DNA of 47,501 nucleotides from a virus (taxonomy: Duplodnaviria > Caudoviricetes), in IMG/VR virus record IMGVR_UViG_3300033067_000394, positions 1 through 47,501 of that record. One strand, written 5' to 3'. Below the pieces are notes generated by a model. That model was not told the origin of the DNA. It made no database searches and saw only the letters and a program-made list of their open reading frames with translations. This document shows positions 20,386-29,806 of the stretch, in pieces. Made by a program: the position numbers and the translations under genes. Every line of letters starts with the position of its first letter. Position 1 is the stretch's first letter.

Positions 20386-20687
20386 TACTTAGCTTTCAAG
20401 TTTTTTATCTCCCGATCTATTTTTGCCATCCTTTCCCAAGCCGTTGCTAAAAACTGGTTAAACTCTTTATTTTTAGCTTCTATATTTTCCTGACATCTGC
20501 GATCAGCTTCATGTAAAGCTGCAGTATATTCTGCTTGATTTTTCGCTCTAGCTTGAGTCATCTGACGTAAATCAATCCACAAGATAGTAATCGTTGTTAC
20601 AAGCAATAAGAAGCATCCAATTAAAAAGTTTCGTAAAAAAATCTTAGATAGGCCCATCATTTGGTACCATTGTGATTCCATTGACAT
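20385..20687 (-). CDS. Single-TM coiled-coil protein (holin / inner-spanin-like)
   Basis: TM segment FLIGCFLLLVTTITILWI followed by a coiled coil; TAATG-coupled to the next gene. Confidence 0.5.
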   Translation of the reverse strand: MSMESQWYQMMGLSKIFLRNFLIGCFLLLVTTITILWIDLRQMTQARAKNQAEYTAALHEADRRCQENIEAKNKEFNQFLATAWERMAKIDREIKNLKAK

Positions 20688-20718
20688 ATTTGCGTGTTTT
20701 ATCGGGAGGATTAAATGA

Positions 20719-21096
20719 TTAATATTTAACTATAATAACATCGCCTACTGTACTAGAAGATACGGTAACCGTAGTTCCAGAGTAGGTAAATTGACCAGCA
20801 GTTGGTCCAGAAGCAACCCATTTTAATTTTAAACCGTTGCGAAAAACTTCAACTGGAATATTGTTTCCAGATTTTGTACGAAGAGTAGTTGATACAGTAA
20901 AAGCAGTTTGTGAAGCAGTTGCTGTAAAGAATTCTTCATTTTGATTTTGAAATACAATATCCAAGATAATATTGTACAAAGAAAAATCTTTGAGACCTTC
21001 AATCGGAACATCTAAGTCAGATTGTGTATTTTTACGATAATTCACCAAAGATAATGGGAGCCGGAGTTTCCGGAGAAATGCTAAATTGTATGGCAT
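20719..21096 (-). CDS. Small fibre-associated structural protein
   Basis: FTATASQTAFT...VFRNG...FTYSGTTVT...GDVI beta domain; paralogous to 26604-27563. Confidence 0.55.
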   Translation of the reverse strand: MPYNLAFLRKLRLPLSLVNYRKNTQSDLDVPIEGLKDFSLYNIILDIVFQNQNEEFFTATASQTAFTVSTTLRTKSGNNIPVEVFRNGLKLKWVASGPTAGQFTYSGTTVTVSSSTVGDVIIVKY

Positions 21097-21098
21097 GT

Positions 21099-21404
21099 TT
21101 AATTAAGTTTTGCTCTTTTTGCTTTTTGCTTTTTAGATTCACCAGGAATCTCTTCAGCTTGCACTGCAGATTCATCTACAGGAAGATTATAAACATAAAC
21201 AATTTTATAATCATCTGAAAAATAAACACCTTCTTTTGCAAAATCTAAACCTTCATTTAAACATACTCCAGAGATAAGGCTGGAAAATGAATCTGATTTA
21301 GCTTTGATTTGGCTTTGAAGTTGTTTGATTTCTAAATCTAATGCAGTAACCGTTTCTACGAGTTTTTGGTTCAGCTTGATTTCTTTTGTTGGTGTTGGTT
21401 TCAT
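21099..21404 (-). CDS. Hypothetical coiled-coil protein (possible fibre assembly chaperone)
   Basis: 101 aa with heptad pattern LDLEIKQLQSQIKAK, following the fibre genes. Confidence 0.5.
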   Translation of the reverse strand: MKPTPTKEIKLNQKLVETVTALDLEIKQLQSQIKAKSDSFSSLISGVCLNEGLDFAKEGVYFSDDYKIVYVYNLPVDESAVQAEEIPGESKKQKAKRAKLN

Positions 21405-21474
21405 TGTCTTTAATGTTTTATTAAAATGTTTATAAAGTTTGCCGATAATGGCAATATAGAATTACAAATAAAAG

Positions 21475-22017
21475 TTAATCTCCTGCAATTAATATTGGAA
21501 CAGCAGATGTACTTCCTCCACCTGAAGGTGTATAATTTACAACTACATAAATTTGAGTACATCGTACACTTGTTGCAGTACTACCTAAATTTGCCAAAGT
21601 AATTCCAATTTGTAAAGAGTCTATATCTGCCTTTGTAAAGGCAGAGCTGTCTGAAGGTCTAACAGTCCATGTTTTTGAATATAAAAAATATGAGCTGCTC
21701 ATTGCATTCATAGTTTCTACAGTTGTTGTAGAATTTTCTCGAATAGTCAATCCTCTTGCACCAGTAGCATGTGTAGCCAAAACATGTCGAGCATATGCAT
21801 ATACAGTAACACTATTTATAACATCACTCGCCCCAATACTATTTGTTTCAATAGTATATAAATCCGTCTTATTTATACCCGCCGCATCATTCATGGAGAC
21901 ATATGTTGAATCACCATCTTGGGTGACCTCTTTTACGCAATCAAAATTATTTCCGGCAGACGGGGTTAATTGTGTTACTGTGCCAGCACCTGTTGGTCTT
22001 AAAGTTACAGTTGCCAT
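21475..22017 (-). CDS. Thr/Ser-rich beta-sandwich virion protein
   Basis: 180 aa, jelly-roll-like composition (INSVTVYAYAR...SLQIGI...IYVVVNY), in the fibre cluster. Confidence 0.5.
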   Translation of the reverse strand: MATVTLRPTGAGTVTQLTPSAGNNFDCVKEVTQDGDSTYVSMNDAAGINKTDLYTIETNSIGASDVINSVTVYAYARHVLATHATGARGLTIRENSTTTVETMNAMSSSYFLYSKTWTVRPSDSSAFTKADIDSLQIGITLANLGSTATSVRCTQIYVVVNYTPSGGGSTSAVPILIAGD

Positions 22018-22598
22018 TATTTAGAACATTTAATTATATTGTAAAATTGATTTGAGTATTCTTTATCAATTTTTAAATTTTCTTCTTTTACAAAGAGAAT
22101 GTTAGAAAATTTTAATTCTGAAAGAATATCAATATAATCCAAAGTTGAAATTCTTTGACAATCATAATCGATTGGTGGATTTTTATCCAAAGAGGTTAAA
22201 TCTGCAAAAATAAATTGACCACCTGGTTTTAAGCACTTATATATTTTCTCAAATAAGCTTTTTTTATCTAAAATATAGAAAAAGCAAAACTGAGAATGAA
22301 TTACATCAAAGTAATTTTCTGGAAAATCTATATTTGCAATATCGGAAATAGAATAGGTGATGTTATCTGCATAATAATTTTTTTCAGCATATTCTTTCAT
22401 AATTTCAACAACATCCACAGCTAAAACTGTTTTAACTTTTTTCGCCAGCTCAAATGTTTTCTGACCATTTCCAAATCCTATATCAAGTGCCACTCCATCC
22501 ACAGGAGTGATTAAATCTAAAACTTCTGTAGGTGGAAACAGATTTGTATCAGTCATTGATTTTAATGTGTACTCTGAGTATTTTTTAAATTCATCCAT
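22017..22598 (-). CDS. Class I SAM-dependent methyltransferase
   Basis: Motif I ALDIGFGNG, VLAVD, FPENYFDVI and LKPGGQFIFAD. Confidence 0.9.
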   Translation of the reverse strand: MDEFKKYSEYTLKSMTDTNLFPPTEVLDLITPVDGVALDIGFGNGQKTFELAKKVKTVLAVDVVEIMKEYAEKNYYADNITYSISDIANIDFPENYFDVIHSQFCFFYILDKKSLFEKIYKCLKPGGQFIFADLTSLDKNPPIDYDCQRISTLDYIDILSELKFSNILFVKEENLKIDKEYSNQFYNIIKCSK

Positions 22599-22600
22599 AA

Positions 22601-24562
22601 TTAGTAGTTTTTATCAATATTACCATAATATGAACCATTCAAATAAACAAGAGTTACCAAGTCTGTTTTATTGGCAGTCGTGGTCAATGTAGGTGCAGTA
22701 CCGCCAGCCCAAACAATTGTAGGCCAGGTTACAGTCCTAGATCCAGTAGCATCTTGTTTGAGAGCTATAAGATACCTACCACCATCTTTTGGATTTGCAA
22801 AAGTAAATGTTCTATTACCAGCTAGGGTAACTGATTGTACGTTTGAGTTATTCCAATCTAAAGCAATAGTAGCACCATCAGTTAAACCAAATCTAGTAGA
22901 CACATATTGACCAGACATTATCATCTGTTTACCATCAATTCTCATTGCTTCAGTGACTGCACCACCACTTAAAACAGTGCTAAATACTAAAGCAGATGTT
23001 CTTGTACCATGTGTAGCACTTGACCAAATACTAGAAATTCTAGTTTGATCTGTACTATTCGTTGTAGATGTTTCTGCTTTAAATAATAAAGCCCCACCAA
23101 AACCAGATGCTGCAGTACCACTTGAGTTTACATCAATTACAAATCTATCAGTTACAGTGTTTGTTGCAGATACAGTAGCATTAAAATAGTTTTTACCATT
23201 ATTTACATATATTGCCCAAGGGTTTGTAATAGTTACATTAGTTCCACCACTTGGAGCATCACCTATATACAAAGTTGAACAATCAGTATATGTGACAATA
23301 CTATTTGCATAATATGTTGCACCATTAATAGTAGCTGTACTTACGTGTGCTGCAGAACCAGAGCCTGTAGTATCAGTTACACCAGCAGATCCATCAATTC
23401 TTAAAAGCATCCCTCCAACACCTTGGTTAGCAATGTTTGGAGTACCTCCTATATGGAGAACCGAAGTGGGTGTGAATGTTCCTATGCCTATATTACCACT
23501 TGCTCGCACGATCATACCTGCACCCCCAACGTTGTTGTTGGCTTCAAACTTCGCAACAGTACCAGAAGTGGATGTGCCACTATTAACAACATAAAGCAGA
23601 CCTCCAGTAGAGTTTAATGAGTTATTTGATCCATTAATAGTCAATATAGAACCAGCCGTTATACTGGAACTAGACATGGTAAGTGCGTTTGCCGTAGTAA
23701 TAGAGTTCCATGCCCAGGACTGTGTAAATGCCGCATTATTTAATGTATCATTTCCAGTAGCATCGGCTAATGCATTGAACGGAACTGATGATGGACTCTG
23801 TTGATCTAACTGGTATCTAGTAGAACCAATTGTAAAATACAAGTGAGATGCGTGATATTCAATTGCACCATCTTCTGGAGTAGTCATTGCTGTACCAGAA
23901 GTAAGTTTAAGTGGCGCTGTATTAGCGGTAGTTGTACCAGCTCCCAAATGTAACTTGGCAGTTGGACTAGTTTGCATGACACCCATTGACTCACCAGTTA
24001 GGGTGATATTGGTGGTAGTCATCGTAGATGGGTCTATACCTACACCAATAAGAAGTTTATCAGATGTATTATCAATCCCAACTACATAGCCAACTTCAGA
24101 TGTGGCTAATCCAAAATAAGGATCTCCACCACCTGTTAGAGTAGAAAGAGTTACCTTACTGTGCGCTGTGCCACTAGAGTTATTAGTATTATTAAGAGTT
24201 ATACCTACTGAACCTGTAGCATTAGTATTAGATCTTAACGCATTAAACGCACCTGTAACAGAGGAAGCAGCGGATGCATCAATTGCACCAGTTGTGTTTC
24301 CTGCAATTAATAGTCCATATCCTGTACCACCCTTTAATTGAAGTTGGTTTGTAGTGTCATTAAAAAAGAAATTAGTTGCATCAGAACTAAATCCCCCACT
24401 ACCATTTGATATTTGAACAGCACCAGCTATACCGGAAGAACTACCACCTGAAGAGATGGTAGTTGGCTTCCAGATAGTGAGAGAATTATCCCAGGTCAAT
24501 ACTTGACCGTCTGTGGCACCGTCCTGAATAAGTTGATTTAATTTAACTTTAGTGACGGCCAT
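22601..24562 (-). CDS. Tail/head fibre protein
   Basis: 653 aa, G/T/S-rich. Contains GATDGQVLTWD, GNIGIGT.TP...LHI repeats typical of Bacteroidota phage fibres, and a C-terminal LTDGATIALDW...KQDATGSRTVTWP domain. Confidence 0.75.
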   Translation of the reverse strand: MAVTKVKLNQLIQDGATDGQVLTWDNSLTIWKPTTISSGGSSSGIAGAVQISNGSGGFSSDATNFFFNDTTNQLQLKGGTGYGLLIAGNTTGAIDASAASSVTGAFNALRSNTNATGSVGITLNNTNNSSGTAHSKVTLSTLTGGGDPYFGLATSEVGYVVGIDNTSDKLLIGVGIDPSTMTTTNITLTGESMGVMQTSPTAKLHLGAGTTTANTAPLKLTSGTAMTTPEDGAIEYHASHLYFTIGSTRYQLDQQSPSSVPFNALADATGNDTLNNAAFTQSWAWNSITTANALTMSSSSITAGSILTINGSNNSLNSTGGLLYVVNSGTSTSGTVAKFEANNNVGGAGMIVRASGNIGIGTFTPTSVLHIGGTPNIANQGVGGMLLRIDGSAGVTDTTGSGSAAHVSTATINGATYYANSIVTYTDCSTLYIGDAPSGGTNVTITNPWAIYVNNGKNYFNATVSATNTVTDRFVIDVNSSGTAASGFGGALLFKAETSTTNSTDQTRISSIWSSATHGTRTSALVFSTVLSGGAVTEAMRIDGKQMIMSGQYVSTRFGLTDGATIALDWNNSNVQSVTLAGNRTFTFANPKDGGRYLIALKQDATGSRTVTWPTIVWAGGTAPTLTTTANKTDLVTLVYLNGSYYGNIDKNY

Positions 24563-24568
24563 AATTTA

Positions 24569-26602
24569 TTAACCTAATTTTATAACCATGAGTGATTCAT
24601 CTGCAGTAAGAGCAGATGCGAGTGTAAGTACACCAGTAGCAGATACTAACGTATAGTCTCTTGAAACAGTACCGGATCTTGAAAGAACTACACCATTTCT
24701 AACTACAACTACAAGATCTAAATCTGTAGGAACCGTAAATGCTATATTATTACCATCAACATCTGTTACAGCAGTACCTGAATCTAAGTCAATTACAGAA
24801 GACGTAGAACCTGTTAAATAAGCTCTAGTTCCAGCAATTGCTGATCCCCAGCTTGCAGTAGTACCATTTGATTTTAAAACTGTACCACTAGAGCCAATTG
24901 CTAATTTACCCCAAGTATTTACACCAGTACCTAAGAGAATATCTCCAACAGCTACTGTAGTTTGTCCTGTACCGCCAAAGGTTGAACCAATAGCAGTACC
25001 ATTCCAAGTACCTGTTGCAATAGTACCCAATGTAGTGATTGAAGTCTGACCTACATAAGTTGCTGCAATGTCAAACGTTGGATTACCCGAAACACCATCA
25101 CCGTTGGTAATAGTAATTCTATTAGATGTACCTGTCATGGTACGAGTTGTCCAGGTATCAGTTGCAGTTCTAGTTGCAATACCGTTTGTAGCTAAACCTT
25201 CTACTGCAGCCAAGTCATTTGCAAGAGCAAATGTAAATGTGCCAGAAGTAGTAATTGGCGAACCGGAAATTGTGATACCAGCAGCAGGTGCTGTTGCAGC
25301 TACAGAAGTTACTGTACCAGAAGTTTGGATTCTGGTAAAAGTAATTGCATCAGTACCTAATGTAGTTACTTCAGATACGGTGATCCAAAGAGTACCTGCA
25401 TTTGTAGTACCATCTTCAATTGCAACATACACACCATCAATTTCAGAAGCAGCATCCATCCAACTTACACGAGTAAGAACAACAGATGAGCCGATACCAC
25501 CAACAGTATAAACACCATTATTAAATGTACCACCAGAGCCACCAGTAACAGAATCTTTAACCAGTACTGTATCTCCATTCGCTAATGAGATAGAGTCAAT
25601 AGTTAATGTTGTACCACCTAAAGTAATTGTGGTTGCAGTTTGAGCAGTTGCTGTAAGTATAGCAGTTGTTGCTACTCTAACAGAATCTCTTTTAATACCA
25701 GCCACTGCATTACCAATTGCAGTAGTAACATAAGTTACGTTAGTAAGATCATTACCTGCGGATGGAGTACCTGCAAATTGAGGAACTACACCAAAAGTAA
25801 TAGTGTTACTAAATGTTTGAGCTGCATTTAAAAGTGCAATATTAGATGAGTTAGTTAAGTCCGTAGAAGCTAATGTACCCCAAACTGGAAGTGTATTAGT
25901 ACCAGCAGATTTAAGAACTGAACCAGATGCTACAGCAGCAATCTTAGTTAAAGTAGATGTAGTATTTGCAGAAAGTAAATCACCAACTGCATAAGTAGTC
26001 TGACCGGTACCACCTTTATTAGCTGCAATTGTAGTTGCACTCCAAGTACCAGTAGTTACTGTACCAAGAGTGGTAATTGTAGCTTGACCAACATATGCTG
26101 CATCAATATCTACAGTAGGGTTTCCAGATACACCGTCACCATTAGTGATTGTGATTCTACTTGCAGTACCAGTTAAAGTTCTACCTGTAAAAGTATCTGC
26201 TGCAGTTTGAACCATTAATCCATTAGTATTAAATCCAGCCAATGAATTCAGTGTTGCGTCTAATGTAATATTGGTTCTTGAGTTTGGAGCATCATCTGCT
26301 GCAGTAAAGCCTGCACCTATAAAGTTAAGTGTAGATCGAGCGGTGATACCAGAACCTTCTTCTTGGATACTTGCATAACCTCCTGCACCAGCAGATGCAT
26401 TAAGTGTAGTACCAGTAATAGATAAGTTTGTACCTAAAGTTAAAAAAGCTAATGCGGTTGCAGAATCATCATAAAAGACAATCCTATCCGCACCAGTAGT
26501 TGGAGCAACATGCACAACATTGTTAGAAGAATCTGTACCTAATACAGATCCAGGAGTTGTTGAATTCGCAAGTTGCGTAAGTTTAATTTTTGTTACTGCC
26601 AT
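24569..26602 (-). CDS. Tail/head fibre protein with internal duplication
   Basis: 677 aa, G/T/A-rich. GGTGQTT..VGD.L repeats and an SVRVATT...GDTVLVKD...NGVY...LTR domain typical of phage fibres. Confidence 0.75.
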   Translation of the reverse strand: MAVTKIKLTQLANSTTPGSVLGTDSSNNVVHVAPTTGADRIVFYDDSATALAFLTLGTNLSITGTTLNASAGAGGYASIQEEGSGITARSTLNFIGAGFTAADDAPNSRTNITLDATLNSLAGFNTNGLMVQTAADTFTGRTLTGTASRITITNGDGVSGNPTVDIDAAYVGQATITTLGTVTTGTWSATTIAANKGGTGQTTYAVGDLLSANTTSTLTKIAAVASGSVLKSAGTNTLPVWGTLASTDLTNSSNIALLNAAQTFSNTITFGVVPQFAGTPSAGNDLTNVTYVTTAIGNAVAGIKRDSVRVATTAILTATAQTATTITLGGTTLTIDSISLANGDTVLVKDSVTGGSGGTFNNGVYTVGGIGSSVVLTRVSWMDAASEIDGVYVAIEDGTTNAGTLWITVSEVTTLGTDAITFTRIQTSGTVTSVAATAPAAGITISGSPITTSGTFTFALANDLAAVEGLATNGIATRTATDTWTTRTMTGTSNRITITNGDGVSGNPTFDIAATYVGQTSITTLGTIATGTWNGTAIGSTFGGTGQTTVAVGDILLGTGVNTWGKLAIGSSGTVLKSNGTTASWGSAIAGTRAYLTGSTSSVIDLDSGTAVTDVDGNNIAFTVPTDLDLVVVVRNGVVLSRSGTVSRDYTLVSATGVLTLASALTADESLMVIKLG

Positions 26603-26603
26603 G

Positions 26604-27563
26604 TTATATATAATATATTGCTGTCACTTTATCTGTAGCGACAAGCGAATTCACAAAAGTAAGTGTAGATCCAGATCGACTATAATCATCTGTCTGAATT
26701 TGATATACACCATTTCTAAAAATCATAATTTGTGCATATGATATTGGAGTCACAGCAAGTGTTACCGTATTTCCTGTGATACCAGATTGTGTCTCAGTAA
26801 TTGGTGAAAGAGCTGCATAAGATGTTCCATTAAATACAAGTACATCTCCAAGAGAAGCACCTGTTATATTTAATAAGTTATCCACATATTGCTTGTCCAC
26901 TAATGATCTTGCAGAAAATGACGCAGAATAATCTGCAGCATATCTTGCATCAAGACCTGTAATTGTCAATCTGTCAGGAGTTAATGTATTAATATTAATA
27001 CCCGAATTATTGACAATGATTTCATTTGTGCTGCCAACATCGTAAAAACGAAGTCTTCCTTGTGTAGCACTTACTAATAAGCTACTTCCTGTTAAATTCC
27101 CAACGTTTGCAACAAAAGCTCCTGAAGAATTAGTGGTATTAAAAAGAACTGTATCAGTCATTGTTGCTGTTACAGAACTTGGAATTACACCAGATCCACC
27201 ATATAATCCGTTTCCTCCTCCACCAAGAACTAAAGATTCAATATATGTCTCTAATTGCTGAAGAGCCTGAAGAATTGTAGAATTATCTGAAATGATAGAC
27301 CCTGTAAAACTACCTAGAGTAGTGGACCCAGATGGGAGTCCGGTTAAGGTTATTAATTCTGTAAGATTTGTTACATTTGTTGTATTAATAACTATTGACT
27401 CATCTTCCAATCTTTCCTGAAACCATACTCCAAGATCAATACCTTCATTTCCTTTTCCTGCTACAGTAATAGTTTTACCATGACCTGCAATTGAAGAAGT
27501 CAGTTGGTTTTTAACTATATTCAACGGTAGGATCAGTTTTTTAAATTTATCGTACTGTCCCAT
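26604..27563 (-). CDS. Fibre-associated structural protein
   Basis: 319 aa with VDKQYVD, GASLGDVLVFNG and C-terminal IFRNGVYQ...DDYS...TLTF domain. Confidence 0.6.
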   Translation of the reverse strand: MGQYDKFKKLILPLNIVKNQLTSSIAGHGKTITVAGKGNEGIDLGVWFQERLEDESIVINTTNVTNLTELITLTGLPSGSTTLGSFTGSIISDNSTILQALQQLETYIESLVLGGGGNGLYGGSGVIPSSVTATMTDTVLFNTTNSSGAFVANVGNLTGSSLLVSATQGRLRFYDVGSTNEIIVNNSGININTLTPDRLTITGLDARYAADYSASFSARSLVDKQYVDNLLNITGASLGDVLVFNGTSYAALSPITETQSGITGNTVTLAVTPISYAQIMIFRNGVYQIQTDDYSRSGSTLTFVNSLVATDKVTAIYYI

Positions 27564-27576
27564 TAAGTTTAAATTA

Positions 27577-27620
27577 AAAAGAAAAGGGGCTTTTCGCTAG
27601 TTACAGCAAAAAACCCCTTT
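27577..27620 (-). terminator. Rho-independent terminator after the 484-aa structural gene
   Basis: Minus strand AAAGGGGTTTTTTGCT-GTAACT-AGCGAAAAGCCCC then TTTTCTTTTT, directly after stop 27627. Confidence 0.8.
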
Positions 27621-27626
27621 AATAAA

Positions 27627-29081
27627 TTAAGACAAATATACACCGCCAGCAGTGGCATCACCACCAACTGCAAAGTTGGTTCCAGTGGTTCTTGCATGTT
27701 CAAGCCATGCAGTAAGAACTGCTTCAATAGCAGCAACCGTAACTGCAGATGCAGTACCTGTTCCAGCGTCATTTGAAGTTGAAAAAGGAATAGGCGTGTT
27801 AGAAGCAGCGATCCTTGTAACAATATTACCAACGTTTACAGTGAACGAGCTAAGTGGTTCACAACGGAATAACAGAGTTACTTTTTTAGGATCTTGAATT
27901 TGAAGCGTGAGTGTGTTCTCAATATCAAAATATTCAATTTGATAACTGGTATAGAAAGCTTTGGCTAAATCGATATACGATTTACCTTCGCTAAACCAAT
28001 CATCCATTGGGATATTTTGTTTAGTGTGAACATTAAGTTGTGGACGCATTCTATTACGAATATCCCATTTACGACTATGGCCAGTACCTTCTTGAGGATA
28101 GCACTGTGTGATAACAGGATCTACACCAGAAATAAAGTCACCACCAAAGTTAATGCGTGGGAATACCATTTGCTGTTCTACATTATCATAGTATGCAGCA
28201 AGAGTTTGTGGCAAGCCAACAACAATCATTGCATCAATTTTAGCAGCAGCACCAGCAGTAGTAATGTCTACAACTTCAATAGTAGAAGTAGTGGTCAAAG
28301 CAGCATTATCTTGTACAAGACGCGCAAGAGCTTGACATAATTCTACAGAAGATTTCAGAACTTGGTTAACACCATCTACTGATTGGAAAGTAATATTCGT
28401 AGTGGGAGTGATAGTACCAAGTGCTTGACCTGAACCACCCGCAACTTTTACACCAAAACAAACAAAGGAGTGTACACCTCTGCGTGTAGCAGATGTTACA
28501 GCTTTACTTTGACTGTTAAAGTCATAAACCAAATGAGTTAAGATATAATCCAGAGGACTTACAGTGCCTTCAGCAGTAAAGTCTTTAACAGGAGCATCTG
28601 CATACATTGAGTTCGTATTGGTAATACCAAATTCTTTTTCATATCTTACTGATTTCAGATTTAAAAAAGCATTATAGTTACCAAGATCCACAGGAGTAGG
28701 AAAGTTAGTAGCAGCAACTGCACCCAAAGTTGCAAAAGCAGCTTTCTTAACATAAACCGAACGGATTTGATTGCGTTTAATTACGCCAGACTCTTTCAGA
28801 GCGGGATCACCAACTTCCCAAATATCTGCCAATTGTGTATTTGCAGAAGCAGGAGTACCCTGAACAATTTTAATAGCTTGTACTTCAGCACTGTCATCAC
28901 CAGTAACAATAAAGTTACCTAATGCACGTACACTTGAGTTAGGATCATAACTCAGAATACCAAGTTGACCAGAAGCAAGATTCAGTGCAGTGGTTGCAGT
29001 AGCTAAAGCTCCGGTAGGAAGAGCTTGGTCACCAGTTGCAACCAAGATTGTTTCCATAGGAAGTTTGTTAGTTTTTTTCAT
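27627..29081 (-). CDS. Abundant structural protein (auxiliary capsid protein-like)
   Basis: 484 aa, A/T/V-rich, third gene after MCP and followed by a strong terminator, where crAss-like auxiliary capsid genes lie. Confidence 0.55.
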   Translation of the reverse strand: MKKTNKLPMETILVATGDQALPTGALATATTALNLASGQLGILSYDPNSSVRALGNFIVTGDDSAEVQAIKIVQGTPASANTQLADIWEVGDPALKESGVIKRNQIRSVYVKKAAFATLGAVAATNFPTPVDLGNYNAFLNLKSVRYEKEFGITNTNSMYADAPVKDFTAEGTVSPLDYILTHLVYDFNSQSKAVTSATRRGVHSFVCFGVKVAGGSGQALGTITPTTNITFQSVDGVNQVLKSSVELCQALARLVQDNAALTTTSTIEVVDITTAGAAAKIDAMIVVGLPQTLAAYYDNVEQQMVFPRINFGGDFISGVDPVITQCYPQEGTGHSRKWDIRNRMRPQLNVHTKQNIPMDDWFSEGKSYIDLAKAFYTSYQIEYFDIENTLTLQIQDPKKVTLLFRCEPLSSFTVNVGNIVTRIAASNTPIPFSTSNDAGTGTASAVTVAAIEAVLTAWLEHARTTGTNFAVGGDATAGGVYLS

Positions 29082-29806
29082 ACTTTAGTAAGTATTTGTT
29101 TTTCTTGTAATTGAAATTTATTTACATCTTCTAATGTAGATGCAATGTACTGTACTGTCATATCGACAAGAATATCATGATTCGGGAGATTTGAGGTTAC
29201 TTTAGGGCTTCCACTTTGATATGCTAAAGTGTCACCATTTAAGAACTCTAATGAATCATACCCTCCAGAAAACACTTTAACTGGATCAGTTAAATACTCA
29301 ATATATAAACTGAGTATTGTATAGTCTTTTGTGTATAATCGTAAAGTATTTCCTTGAATACTTCCCAAACATCGATTCCATAATAATGATGGCTGAGTAT
29401 TTGCATCAGCCAATTTTGTATCCAGATCATTAGACCTGGTAATTGCAACAGGTATTTTTTTAGAAGGACACTCTACAGGAACAATATAGGCTCTTAAAAA
29501 ATGTCGATACTTCTCATTAAGAGTTGACAAATCAAAAGAAAACTGATCTGGAAAAACTTGTGTTGGTGTATATGCAACATCTGCAGGTACAACTAATGTT
29601 TGCAATAAATCAGTCCTTTGTTGAGTCACCTCAAACCCAAACTTATATTGTTTGCTATTATTTCCAGAGTAAAAGATTTCCACATAATCTTCAGATGCTT
29701 TATTAATTGCATCGTCAATATATGCTGCAGGAAAATCTTTTTTATGATTACTGTTAAGTTTATTCCACCTAAATTTAATTTCCTGATGAATGCGTTCTAT
29801 AGTCAT
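29078..29806 (-). CDS. Head-tail adaptor / ring protein (crAss gene-74-like)
   Basis: NKLNSN...ID..IN.A...GFEVTQQRTDLLQTL...IEYL..P; ATG 29806 overlaps the upstream TGA. Confidence 0.65.
   Translation of the reverse strand: MTIERIHQEIKFRWNKLNSNHKKDFPAAYIDDAINKASEDYVEIFYSGNNSKQYKFGFEVTQQRTDLLQTLVVPADVAYTPTQVFPDQFSFDLSTLNEKYRHFLRAYIVPVECPSKKIPVAITRSNDLDTKLADANTQPSLLWNRCLGSIQGNTLRLYTKDYTILSLYIEYLTDPVKVFSGGYDSLEFLNGDTLAYQSGSPKVTSNLPNHDILVDMTVQYIASTLEDVNKFQLQEKQILTKV

Noticed and set aside
20829-21011. 60-aa minus-strand ORF
   Set aside because: Nested out of frame within the better-supported 20719-21096 gene.
21405-21474. Possible promoter in the gap upstream of the 101-aa gene (TATATTGC with upstream TTTG)
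   Set aside because: Imperfect match to TAnnTTTG in very AT-rich DNA; not enough support.
27569-27832. 87-aa Leu-rich minus-strand ORF
   Set aside because: Alternative frame of the 484-aa structural gene that runs through its terminator; composition reflects the overlapping codons.
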